A stretch of DNA of 39,778 bases from Octopus bimaculoides (Eukaryota). The notes below the pieces were generated by a model, which was not told where the DNA came from, made no database searches, and saw nothing but the letters and a program-made list of their open reading frames with translations. The first letter of the stretch is position 1. Every line of letters begins with the position of its first letter. The stretch covers positions 24,676,314-24,716,091 of the forward strand of contig NC_069001.1 in the NCBI RefSeq assembly GCF_001194135.2. The letters are read 5' to 3'. The translations under genes and the position numbers were made by a program. Of this stretch, positions 11,880 through 23,411 are shown piece after piece.

Positions 11880-12420
11880 GTAATTTTGGGTATAAACAAA
11901 AGCATTACGGGAGATACGGTGGGACAATCGTCGTGCAGATAACAGAAATAGTCCTGAATTGTCATCTTATTTCTAGACAAGCCGCCAGGAAATAAGACAT
12001 TTGAATTGAAAAGAATACTTGATTCGTGTGATTACCTCCCTTTCTAGTGTTGAGCTGGAATAATTCTCATTTGTTACTTGGTGTAGAAGCAGAGATAGCT
12101 TTAGTAAAACAAAAATATATGTTGTATTAAAATTGATATCCTGGATTTGTCGACATTATTCCAGTTCATGCTACCGTCCACTTTGAATAATTTCTCTTCG
12201 CTGTTGTTTGTTAAAATGTTATTTGTATAATTGCTTTACTTTTGTTGTCAAATTTCTATGATTTCCGAGCTAACTAGATCACATTGATTACAGAAACTAT
12301 ACACTTAGGATATTTCTACAGAATCTTTCTGGAGACTTTTTCTAGATCTCGAAACGATTCATTCTCTCACGATGTTACAAATAAATACACTTGTGAATCC
12401 ACAACGTACAAAACAAATAT
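11880..12420 (-). mobile_element. Very degenerate Penelope-like RT relic
   Basis: Ordered remnants on the minus strand: LEKVSRKIL*KYP (cf. GLEAI..WLEKYP), EEKLFKVDG, CRQIQDINFNT (cf. YRQI.GTAMGT), YFCYLHDDC (cf. RYLDDC), LFIPKITF (cf. LHPKIKF). Confidence 0.4.
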
Positions 12421-12629
12421 ATATATATTTAGCCTATGTCAAGTGCCCTTTGGTTCATCGATACAATTTGCTTACCTTTAGGTTATACTGAGTACAACGA
12501 AAAGAAATGTAAACTCTAAATTTTGTACATAAAATTCCCTCCAGCGTGACTCAGTTTCTTTTTTTGTATATTGTTGCTTCGCTAACTTCCTCAAGCTAAA
12601 CTAATTATGCACCTACATATAAATACGTT

Positions 12630-12664
<35 letters not shown>

Positions 12665-12674
12665 NNNNNNNNNN

Positions 12675-12713
<39 letters not shown>

Positions 12714-12799
12714 GAATTTGTATGTTTGCATAGTGAATTCAACGAACAAACAGGTTAAAAAAAACAATAAAAAACGGAGAGAGAAAGAAATAACAAGAG

Positions 12800-12935
12800 A
12801 AAAAAGAGAAAAGAAAAACGAACGTGGGGACGTGCACAAGAATTATATTAGTATGGTGCCCGGTGAAAGGAGAGAGTTCATAACGTTTCGAGCATGACTC
12901 TTCGTCGGAAATGACAAAGGTGAACGTCCAGAGAA
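12800..12935 (-). mobile_element. PLE pseudo-LTR-like remnant with a mutated minimal hammerhead motif (12881-12911)
   Basis: Revcomp reads CCGACGA A GAGU CAU GCUC GAAA CG UU. The flank (attagta...taacgtttcgagc..ctcttc) is homologous to 20225-20285. Confidence 0.55.
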
Positions 12936-12987
12936 GAAGGAAAATCGCCATATGTGTATCTGTGTGTATGTGTGTGTGTATGTGTCA

Positions 12988-13020
<33 letters not shown>

Positions 13021-14239
13021 CGCGTATGTGTGCTTTAGTATGTGTATGATAAAACTAAAGGTAGAAATACATAAGAATAAACGTGCACATATAAGCTCAG
13101 GATCGGGAGATGTAGGAAGTAAAAGAAGATTTTTTTAATTTCCATATGCTTACAGCTGTTTCATAAATTTTCCTATGCAATATCAACTTCGATGCTTATG
13201 CACGCTGTGCATATTCATAACTTAAACGTTGTAAGTATCCTTACATTATACATGCTTGCATACATAGGTACGCACTCACATAAGATACAGCTGCATATTC
13301 ACATACAGATGCACTATTGAGAACACTACTGTTCAGGTCACACGTCTCAACACATTGAATTCATGAAGACTTTTGCACAAGGATTGTCGAAATGAATGCG
13401 AAACCACGATCATAAAAAGACAACTACTTTACAAGTAATTTAAACACCACCTCCCTCTCTCTTGTTATTTCTATATACCTCTGTACACGCACACACGGAC
13501 ATATATATATGCATGTGTATATATATATATGCATGGCTATACATATATATATATGCATACATATATANNNNNNNNNNNNNNNNNNNNNNNNNNNNNNNNN
13601 NNNNNNNNNNNNNNNNNNNNNNNNNNNNNNNNNNNNNNNNNNNNNNNNNNNNNNNNNNNNNNNNNNNNNNNNNNNNNNNNNNNNNNNNNNNNNNNNNNNN
13701 NNNNNNNNNNNNNNNNNNNNNNNNNNNNNNNNNNNNNNNNNNNNNNNNNNNNNNNNNNNNNNNNNNNNNNNNNNNNNNNNNNNNNNNNNNNNNNNNNNNN
13801 NNNNNNNNNNNNNNNNNNNNNNNNNNNNNNNNNNNNNNNNNNNNNNNNNNNNNNNNNNNNNNNNNNNNNNNNNNNNNNNNNNNNNNNNNNNNNNNNNNNN
13901 NNNNNNNNNNNNNNNNNNNNNNNNNNNNNNNNNNNNNNNNNNNNNNNNNNNNNNNNNNNNNNNNNNNNNNNNNNNNNNNNNNNNNNNNNNNNNNNNNNNN
14001 NNNNNNNNNNNNNNNNNNNNNNNNNNNNNNNNNNNNNNNNNNNNNNNNNNNNNNNNNNNNNNNNNNNNNNNNNNNNNNNNNNNNNNNNNNNNNNNNNNNN
14101 NNNNNNNNNNNNNNNNNNNNNNNNNNNNNNNNNNNNNNNNNNNNNNNNNNNNNNNNNNNNNNNNNNNNNNNNNNNNNNTATATATATATGAAATGAACTC
14201 GTCTATATACAAATGAGTTTATATCTATGTCTTCAGTTA

Positions 14240-15070
<831 letters not shown>

Positions 15071-15492
15071 GTATTTTTTGTGTGTAAAGAAGTTCAGTTT
15101 GTGTCAATTCATTATCAGTGTATATTTTTTTGTTTTAGAAATATATTTTTAAAAGCAGTTTCAGATATTTAGTGCCTGTGTCTGAAATATTTTCGTTCAT
15201 CGCCACCATCACCATCGGTTATTTAATATAGATTTCAGGAAGATGTTTTTTTTTTGTTTTGATTATTTCGGTTATTGTTTTTACTTATTTCATATCTTTC
15301 TTTTTACCAATTCATTTGGTTTTCTTTCGGACAACATCTTCCCACTAACCTTCACCTTCGACTTTACCACGCTTTGTCTACCGCACCCATTTTACATCTT
15401 GTTTGTCTTCCAATATTTTCTTTGGCTCGTTGCTTCATTTATTCATCCCTTTTTACTTAAACTTCTTTCTTACTTGTGTAAATAACCATTTA

Positions 15493-15587
15493 TATCATCA
15501 TCATCCTCATCATCGTCGTTGCCATCGTCATTTTCCTCGTCATCATCACCGACATTTTTATCATCATCACCGACATTTTTATCATCG

Positions 15588-15652
<65 letters not shown>

Positions 15653-15756
15653 GTCGTCGGCATCGTCAACATATTCATCATCATCGTCGGCATCGTCAAC
15701 ATATTCATCATCATCGTCTTCATCCTTCTCCACTTCCACCTCATCGACGTCATCAA

Positions 15757-15790
<34 letters not shown>

Positions 15791-15795
15791 GTAGC
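15493..15795. repeat. (CAT/GAT)n cryptically simple repeat with higher-order 21-bp and 30-bp duplications
   Basis: catcatcaccgacatttttat x2 and catcatcgtcggcatcgtcaacatattcat x2 flank a pure (CAT)n core. Confidence 0.95.
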
Positions 15796-16547
15796 CACTT
15801 TCCCAATTACCTTTAACAACCACAAGTTCAAGAACTCTTACCAGCTCCACCAATTTCACCTCATTTCGCCCTCTGTCTTCAAACAAGACATTACTTTCCC
15901 TTGTCCGCCCTACACCATCATTATCAACAGTTTCACTATGACAACCTATCCACCATCACTACAATTAACTGTGCCACCATTTTCATGTTCAGCAACACCA
16001 TCACCATTGCCGTTTTATTGTTGTTGATGTTGTTCTCATATATCTGCACCTTCCGCTACAATTCATTGTACTGGATTTAGCCCAGATGTATGAACTTTCT
16101 TGTTTTGATTTGAAAAATACAATACAATTAAATTCTTTGAAGTTAAACGGAGTGTATTTATTTTTTATTTTATTTTATTTTGTATCTTAAAACATTTGAA
16201 CAACGAGGATGTTGATTATATGTTGTTTTTTTTTTAAACAGGCCAATCCCTTTGCCGGTGCATTTCCGATGTCAGAAATATGAACAGTGTGTCTGTGTGA
16301 CTTGGTTCACAACTATTAGTGTAAACTTGTACATCTAATATTAGAATCTCTATTTTCTTGAATCATTGAATATAATAAGGTAAAAATATCAACCTTTTAC
16401 CAACCGATGTTTTGGAAAAACAATGAAATCTCAACATATAGTTAGCCGATCGTATTTCCATGTATTTTCGAATATTTTTGCTTATCAAACATACAATCAA
16501 TCAGGAACGTGAAACTATCAGCCATTTCAAAATCTTCAGGTTGTAGT

Positions 16548-16716
16548 GTAAAGATTGTTTGCCATCATTACATGGCAGTCCTGGTTTAGGACGAATGTTG
16601 CTGTAATTTAGCCCTAGCAGACATATATAAGGACATAAATCGTGTCGTGGAGCTAAATTACAGCAACATTAGTCCTAAACCAGGACTGCCATGTTATGTT
16701 GGCAAACAATCTTTAC
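16548..16716. mobile_element. Foldback / MITE-like element: 67-bp inverted arms, 35-bp spacer
   Basis: 16548-16614 is the reverse complement of 16650-16716 with 4 mismatches. No clear TSD. The MITE label is inference. Confidence 0.8.
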
Positions 16717-18149
16717 TCCAAAGTACTGTTGCTGAATATCACTCGTTGTGAGATTTAAAAATACTAATTTTCTAACTTCAGGTTCTAATAAAATATACAC
16801 ACTGAATGTTGAGTATTGTTTTTTTGTTTGCAAATGCAAAACTTAATCAATTCGTATATTGCAATTCCATCCATGATTACTGTCTATGGAGAGACCTGCA
16901 GCAAATTGAAACCGCAGTTCTGGATTGTTCTGCAAATGTCTCATCAGTATCCAATAACGCTTACATTAATTGTTCAGTGTTAAGGCTGAAGAATTAATAA
17001 AGTGGATAACCTGTAAGACGTTTCGCCGATAAGAGAAACATGAAAAATACTGAAGAATAGAAGCTGGGATAATTTAGTTCTTCGAAATATTCTCATAGAA
17101 CAAAGGTTATGAGGACTTTAAATATCAGATCCTGAACATAATAAAACGTTTAAGTTATAGAAAAAGACACATTAAGACACTCACGATATCTTAATCACTT
17201 CAAGAAATTCAAAAAGCCACGAATGTCGCTGTTACTTCAAGCAAAATTAAACATCTACTCGAAACAATAAAGTCATTTCGAATATAACGCCAACACCACT
17301 ATTAACACAAGTAAGATGCAATTCAAAATCAACCGTAACACATAAATCTCAGTTCTCTTGAAATGTGAAATCCTGTTCTCGTTTATGAAGTTCACATATA
17401 CATCGGGCAAGATGTTTCAAACAGTTCTTGTTGCAAAAATGTCCTTCCATGTGAGATCCGGTAGATACCTTCAATGTATCAAGTTTTATTCTATGATTTT
17501 GTTACATTTGGCAAAGTATAAACATTTTAGAATAGATTCAGTCGATTCGTAATACAGGTTCATACATTTCTATTGCTGGGCAGCGACTAAATCCGTGTCG
17601 AATCTTCCATCATTCATTACAGCATCATGCAGCTAGCCGAAACACGTGTCCTCCTGCTGCTACTTCGAATGAAATATTAGCGATACCTTTAAAATAACTT
17701 CGTAACCTGAATTCGATTCAACTAAATACGCCATCACCTTCAGCTTACTATCTTATTCAATGTCCTTGATATGAAGGGGGATTCAAAACATATAAATTAG
17801 AGTTGAACGCAGTCGTGATCAGACACCGTCAAATTACACTGTCTGCGACGCCATTGATTATGAGTCAAGTAATTCTCATTGGCTTCAATATAGATGCAAT
17901 AGACTGTATTGTAAGAAGGAATAGTTATACAACAGAGAAATAATATTACATAACATAAAGGACAGATACAATTTATATCAACGGAAGTTCTTTAACTGTA
18001 GTGAGATGAAAACAATTACATTCACGACCGCTTACTTCTTAACATTCTTCTCTTCTGTCGTGCAATCGATCTATCACTCTAATCTCTCATCTCCCTCGCA
18101 ATTTCTCGTAGTCATTTTATCTCTCATTCTCACCTCACCACTCTCTCAC

Positions 18150-18211
18150 TTCCTTCTTGCCAACATATATATTTACATATGTATATACATACACACACAC
18201 ATATATACATA

Positions 18212-18294
<83 letters not shown>

Positions 18295-18362
18295 TATGCA
18301 TACATATACATATATATATAGAGAGAGAGAGAGATATAGATATATACATGCGTATGTGTGTG
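18150..18362. repeat. (TA)n with (CA)/(GA)/(TG) segments
   Basis: Seen directly. Confidence 0.95.
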
Positions 18363-19049
18363 GGGGGTGTATGTATGCTTTCATGTAGACATACATTATT
18401 AGCAATCTAATTATCAAGTATCTAGATATGTCTGTTTATATACTAGAACAGATGGTTAAATACATCAGTATACACATAAATGGCTACAAGCTAATAAGTC
18501 GCATACTATTCCATATGGCCACATTGTCTATTAACTAGATGCTTTTCCATAGAATGCTAAATATATCCTCATACAAAATAAATTATTTGGCAACATATGT
18601 TAATGGCAGAAAAGAATATATACGGGACGCGTTGTCTTTTAAAAATACCCGTGATTATGACTGTGCGGAGTCTTCAGATATAAAATTCATTCTTTATATT
18701 ACTTCCTTTCTCTTCTGGAATTTTACTTTTCTCGAATTCCTGTGTGACCAACGGTCACATTGGAATGAAATGTGTGCGCGTATGTTCCTTATGCATTCGA
18801 AAACTGGGTTGCCGGTTTTGACGTATGGTATTTCCATTTCTATATTTTCTATGCTATCTCAACAACCAGCTATAGTCATGTGAAATACACTGCTCTACAA
18901 CGACCAAGTTTCATTAGAAATTGAATATAGTTTCACACTTTCAATTTGAACCAGAATTACAAAGTGTTGCATTACGAGAGTGATGTGTGATTAATGAAAG
19001 TAATGTTTCTCCGAATTAGTCACATCTGTACTATAATAAAGAAAACTGC

Positions 19050-19050
<1 letters not shown>

Positions 19051-19132
<82 letters not shown>
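19051..19132. repeat. (TATC)n microsatellite
   Basis: About 20 perfect units. Confidence 0.98.
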
Positions 19133-19348
19133 CAAAGGCTGCCAAATAAACTATGTTTTTGTTACAAGAACTCTCTTTTGCTACTAAAAAAATCTCGAAA
19201 ACGGGTCGCACTATTTTGAGGTCATTTTCGGAAAATATTTCGATTGTGTTAATATACCATTAAAAAAAACATGAAAACCAGACTATATTTCAAATTTATT
19301 CAACTGCTATATTATTCTATACACATTCACACAAATTCGAAACAATAT

Positions 19349-19349
<1 letters not shown>

Positions 19350-19388
<39 letters not shown>

Positions 19389-19545
19389 ACACATATATAT
19401 ACAGATAGAAATACGCGTGTGTGTAGAGGGAGGAGGAAGAAAGAAAGAAAGATAAAAAAAGAAAGAAAAGAAAGAAAGAAAGAAAGATAAAAGAAAGAAA
19501 GAAAAGAAACAAACAAACAAACAAAATAAAGAAAGGAACAAAGAA
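19350..19545. repeat. (CA)n followed by (AAAG)n/(AAAC)n purine tract
   Basis: Seen directly. Confidence 0.93.
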
Positions 19546-19645
19546 AAGGCCGTACTCCCTGCTGCTTGCCGTTAAAAACAAAAATTGCTTTAGGCAGTAG
19601 ATATCTAAGAAACACCAATAGTTATTTCATGGCGCCTCTAGCGGA

Positions 19646-19688
19646 ATGGTAAATGCATTTTTAACTTTTTGGTTATCATCAGAACCAT
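19646..19688 (-). ncRNA. Hammerhead-like relic (type I topology, G12->A)
   Basis: Revcomp AUGGUU CUGAUGA UAAC CAAAAA GUUA AAAA UGCA UU UACCAU: intact 5' core, 4-bp stem II, palindromic stem III (AUGCAU), 5-bp stem I. GAAA is replaced by AAAA. Confidence 0.4.
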
Positions 19689-20009
19689 ATACTGCAAGAG
19701 AGGCCTCGTATCACGAAATCCACTGATTCGCTTTGAGAATTCCATTTCAAGATACAGACGTTTCTGAAATGTTCAGCCACTTACAATTGATTTAGAAAAA
19801 AGTTGTCGGTACTTTAGTTGAAGAAGCGTCTGCAAGTATGTATAGTCATATTCAACTTGATGCAATGGATTCTTTACTCCCTTACTGCAATCCGTATTAT
19901 ATGCATACATTTAATTAAATGACTTAAGCAGTTTTGTAAGAAATTCGCTCTGGAAATTTTCAACAGGTTTAAACATATCGTTGCCCTATGTTTCTGTGAT
20001 GTACACACT

Positions 20010-20010
<1 letters not shown>

Positions 20011-20100
<90 letters not shown>

Positions 20101-20160
20101 TCACTCACCCACACACACACAGAAACACACATACACGCACGCACACTCATATATATATAG
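20011..20160. repeat. (CA)n microsatellite decaying into (TA)n
   Basis: About 43 CA units followed by degenerate units. Confidence 0.97.
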
Positions 20161-20320
20161 GGAGAATTCACAAAAAAAAAAAACAACAGACGAAGACAGG
20201 TGGTGTAGAAAACAAACAGATTTATTAGTATAACGCTCGGGAATTGTAAAAGTCTTTAACGTTCGAGCCTACGCTCTTCCACAGAAAGGAACACAGAAAG
20301 AAACAATGAGAGAAACATAT
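20160..20320 (-). mobile_element. PLE pseudo-LTR-like remnant beside (TA)n, with a variant hammerhead motif (20254-20288)
   Basis: Revcomp CUUU CUGUGGA A GAGC GUAG GCUC GAA CG UU AAAG, followed by an AATAAA about 30 nt downstream. Confidence 0.6.
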
Positions 20321-20609
20321 ACATCTCTATATATGTATAGATATATATGCATAAAATAGATAGATAGATAGATAGATATATAGTTATAGTTATACACAAA
20401 CAATTAAATGATAATGTCATGGAATATCGTAAATAACTTATCACAAGAAAGTTTTTTAACTGCCCCACGGCGAATGACTTTAAAACAGTCAATATTTAAA
20501 TTTACATTAGATTTTCCCCTCTCTCCTGCTCACTGTCTTATACATAAATGGCTTTACACGCACACACACACACAAACTCATACACATATACGGAGTGAGA
20601 AATATAAAA

Positions 20610-20930
20610 GTACAACCTGCCGGAAATCAGAACTCACACAAATCGAAATAGTATGTAGCATCACAGAGGGTACAAGAAAATGTGAGCATATTTTTGACAT
20701 TTGTTTTCTAAACAACCTATGTGAGGAAAAGAAGAGAGTTTGTTCTCCTAATGGACTGTTCATCATTCAGTTTAGATCGATCGTATATTGATCTTTGTTC
20801 TGTATCAGTAGAAGAGAAATTTGTCAAGGCATGTGGTTGAGAGTGAATACCTGCCACTGATGACTCTCATCGACGCATGAATCCGGATTTTGCAATTCCA
20901 TCGTCTCTGACGTGTTTTTCGTCTGCTACT
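20610..20930 (+). mobile_element. Possible Tc1/mariner transposase relic
   Basis: RKSELTQIEI.. (HTH-start-like) and STHESGFC..SD (cf. FSDESRFC..SDG); weak and discontinuous. Confidence 0.25.
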
Positions 20931-21007
20931 GATGCTCTTCTGTGCTTTTTAACATTACAGGTCGACACGATATACTTTCTCAGGACGAATACTGCAGTTT
21001 TCTAGCT

Positions 21008-21058
21008 TCCACAATAGATCAAAGTTAAGTAAGTCACTTAACTTTGATCTATTGTGGA
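21008..21058. repeat. Perfect 23-bp inverted repeat with 5-nt loop
   Basis: tccacaatagatcaaagttaagt-aagtc-acttaactttgatctattgtgga; zero mismatches. Confidence 0.98.
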
Positions 21059-21115
21059 GTGAGTGAGTGATTCAGTGAGTGAGTGATTCAGTGAGTGAGT
21101 GATTCAGTGAGTGAG
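21059..21115. repeat. 16-bp minisatellite, ~3.5 copies (gtgagtgagtgattca)
   Basis: Units start at 21059, 21075 and 21091, with a partial unit at 21107. Confidence 0.97.
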
Positions 21116-21400
21116 GGTGTAACATTGCACTCCCGATCGCGCGAACGTGGTTTCAATTCCTGAACCGGGTGGCGTGTGTTGTGTTCTTTAGCAAAACACT
21201 TCGTTTTAGGTTATTTTGTGATTGCCTCGATACCTGATATGTTGTGCACTGTGCATCTGTTCAGGCAACGTCGATTTGATGAAAGGGTGTGAGCTAATAT
21301 ACACCTCATACATCTGATCTCTATAAAACAAATCGTTTGTGCAGGTCGTCCCGCAAGAAATTACAGATCACTGTCGTTCTTTGACTCTGATAGACTACTA
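21110..21400 (+). mobile_element. tRNA-derived SINE (distinct 3' body), 5' end eroded
   Basis: B-box-like gtttcaattcc (21150-21160), then gtgttctttagcaaaacactt, a segment shared with the other SINE families here. The A-box region is replaced by the minisatellite. Confidence 0.68.
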
Positions 21401-21604
21401 CCATATATATATATATACATATATATAAAATATTATTATTATTATTATTATTAGCGCTTTCGTTCCTGTCTAGAACTTGCCAAATACAATATTGTGAATG
21501 TACAAGCAGATTGTTCATTTATACTAAACATGTTTTGTGGGGGTTTTGTTTAGAAGACAACATTGGTATTTTGGGGGGAGGGGCGATATTCCAAGACAAT
21601 GGTG

Positions 21605-21740
21605 ATGGATAGATAAAATATAGGTAGGGAGGTAGATAGGCTGATAGATAGATAGATAAATAGATGGATAGATAGATAACTTTCTTTATTAGCCACACAG
21701 GGTTGAACACAAATGGGACAAATACAATGTAAAGTTTTTC
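21605..21740 (-). mobile_element. 3' end of a LINE/SINE with (TATC)n tail
   Basis: Revcomp ttgtccc..tgtgttcaaccctgtgtggctaataaag followed by (tatc)n. Similar to the SINE 3' tail at 37845-37882 and 38417-38455. Confidence 0.5.
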
Positions 21741-22739
21741 TTTTCGAGGCGGTGGGGGGGGGGGCGAAAACAAAGTAAAAAAAATACAAAAGTAGGGACA
21801 ACGATCAAAAGGAATCGAAATCGTTTGGTATATATACAAAAAANNNNNNNNNNNNNNNNNNNNNNNNNNNNNNNNNNNNNNNNNNNNNNNNNNNNNNNNN
21901 NNNNNNNNNNNNNNNNNNNNNNNNNNNNNNNNNNNNNNNNNNNNNNNNNNNNNNNNNNNNNNNNNNNNNNNNNNNNNNNNNNNNNNNNNNNNNNNNNNNN
22001 NNNNNNNNNNNNNNNNNNNNNNNNNNNNNNNNNNNNNNNNNNNNNNNNNNNNNNNNNNNNNNNNNNNNNNNNNNNNNNNNNNNNNNNNNNNNNNNNNNNN
22101 NNNNNNNNNNNNNNNNNNNNNNNNNNNNNNNNNNNNNNNNNNNNNNNNNNNNNNNNNNNNNNNNNNNNNNNNNNNNNNNNNNNNNNNNNNNNNNNNNNNN
22201 NNNNNNNNNNNNNNNNNNNNNNNNNNNNNNNNNNNNNNNNNNNNNNNNNNNNNNNNNNNNNNNNNNNNNNNNNNNNNNNNNNNNNNNNNNNNNNNNNNNN
22301 NNNNNNNNNNNNNNNNNNNNNNNNNNNNNNNNNNNNNNNNNNNNNNNNNNNNNNNNNNNNNNNNNNNNNNNNNNNNNNNNNNNNNNNNNNNNNNNNNNNN
22401 NNNNNNNNNNNNNNNNNNNNNNNNNNNNNNNNNNNNNNNNNNNNNNNNNNNNNNNNNNNNNNNNNNNNNNNNNNNNNNNNNNNNNNNNNNTTTATTTATT
22501 TAAATATTTTTTCCCTTTACCATTGTATTGGAATGAGTTTAAGGATGGTGACCTCTTTAAAAAATAAATAAAAATAAAAAGTAAACAAATAAATAAAAAT
22601 AAAAGATAAAGATAAAAAAAACAGGTATGGTTTGGTCATCACAGTAAGTCTTTTTGCTTTCTTTCTATCCCTCTTTTTTCCTTCCTTCTTTTCTTCTTTC
22701 CTTTTTCTTTTCCCTCCTTTCTTTTTCTCCTCTTTTAGT

Positions 22740-23000
22740 TATATTTAGAATCAGCACCTTTGGTCTTAGTTTGAGGTCAGCAGGCCTTAGTATTTTTACT
22801 GGTTCATCTGCTTATTTATGGCACTTTGTATTTCAGAGCTTTTGTGGATTTGGGGTAATACGTAGAAATTTCTCTCTTTGATTACAGAGTTGTATATATA
22901 ATCTTTCGCCTTGTCTGTGAAGTTCATTGGTTAGTCTTTTGATTTTATTCATTATCGTTTTCTCTGAGTGTCTTGGTTCTTCCTTGTAGTAGGTTTGGTT
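22740..23000 (-). mobile_element. PLE fragment: region just N-terminal of RT
   Basis: NFYVLPQIHKSSEIQSAINKQ and VKILRPADLKLRPK (cf. NFYGLPKIHKS..I..AI....P.DLK.RPIV). Confidence 0.75.
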
Positions 23001-23410
23001 TACTTTTTTACTCTTTTACTCTTTTACTTGTTTCAGTCATTTGACTGCGGCCATGCTGGAGCACCACCTTTAGTCGAACAGATCGACCTCAGGACTTATT
23101 CTTTGTAAGCCTAGTACTTATTCTATCGGACTGTTTTGCCGAACCGCTAAGAAACGTGGACGTAAACACACTAGCATCGGTTGTCAAGTGATGGTTGGGG
23201 GGGGGGGACAAACACAGACACACAAACACACATATATATATATACATATATACGACGGGCTTCTTTCAGTTTTCGTCTACCAAATCCACTCACAAGGCCT
23301 TGATCGGCCCGAGGCTATAGTAGAAGACACTTGCCCAAGGTGCCACGCAGTGGGACTGAACCCAGAACCATGTGGCTGGTAAGCAAGTTACTTACCACAC
23401 AGCCACTCCT
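23001..23410 (-). mobile_element. Near full-length tRNA-derived SINE with CORE-like segment and (AAAAGAGT)n tail
   Basis: Revcomp has A-box-like TGGCTGTGTGG, B-box-like GGTTCAGTCCC, then accttgggcaagtgtctt (CORE-like), an internal CA/TA tract, a gtgctccagcatggccgcagtc tail and short tandem repeats. The family name is not confirmed. Confidence 0.92.
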
Positions 23411-23411
23411 T

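Noticed and set aside
17050-17098. Plus-strand CTGAAGA...CGAAA hammerhead look-alike
   Set aside because: Stem II is out of register and there is no room for stem III or an NUH triplet.
17540-17650. Minus-strand DLVAA..KC and NE*W, reminiscent of an unclassified marine DNA transposon
   Set aside because: Only a few residues match, and stops intervene.
19631-19644. GGCGCCTCTAGCGG, CTCF-like motif
   Set aside because: Spacing is one base short of the CTCF core, and there is no functional evidence.
20858-20895. Plus-strand CTGATGA...GAATCCGGAT hammerhead look-alike
   Set aside because: No stem II or stem I in register and GAAA is incomplete; it overlaps the possible Tc1 relic.
21059-21115. 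Short direct repeats suggesting a CRISPR array
   Set aside because: The 16-mers are contiguous with no spacers, in a eukaryotic context with no cas genes.
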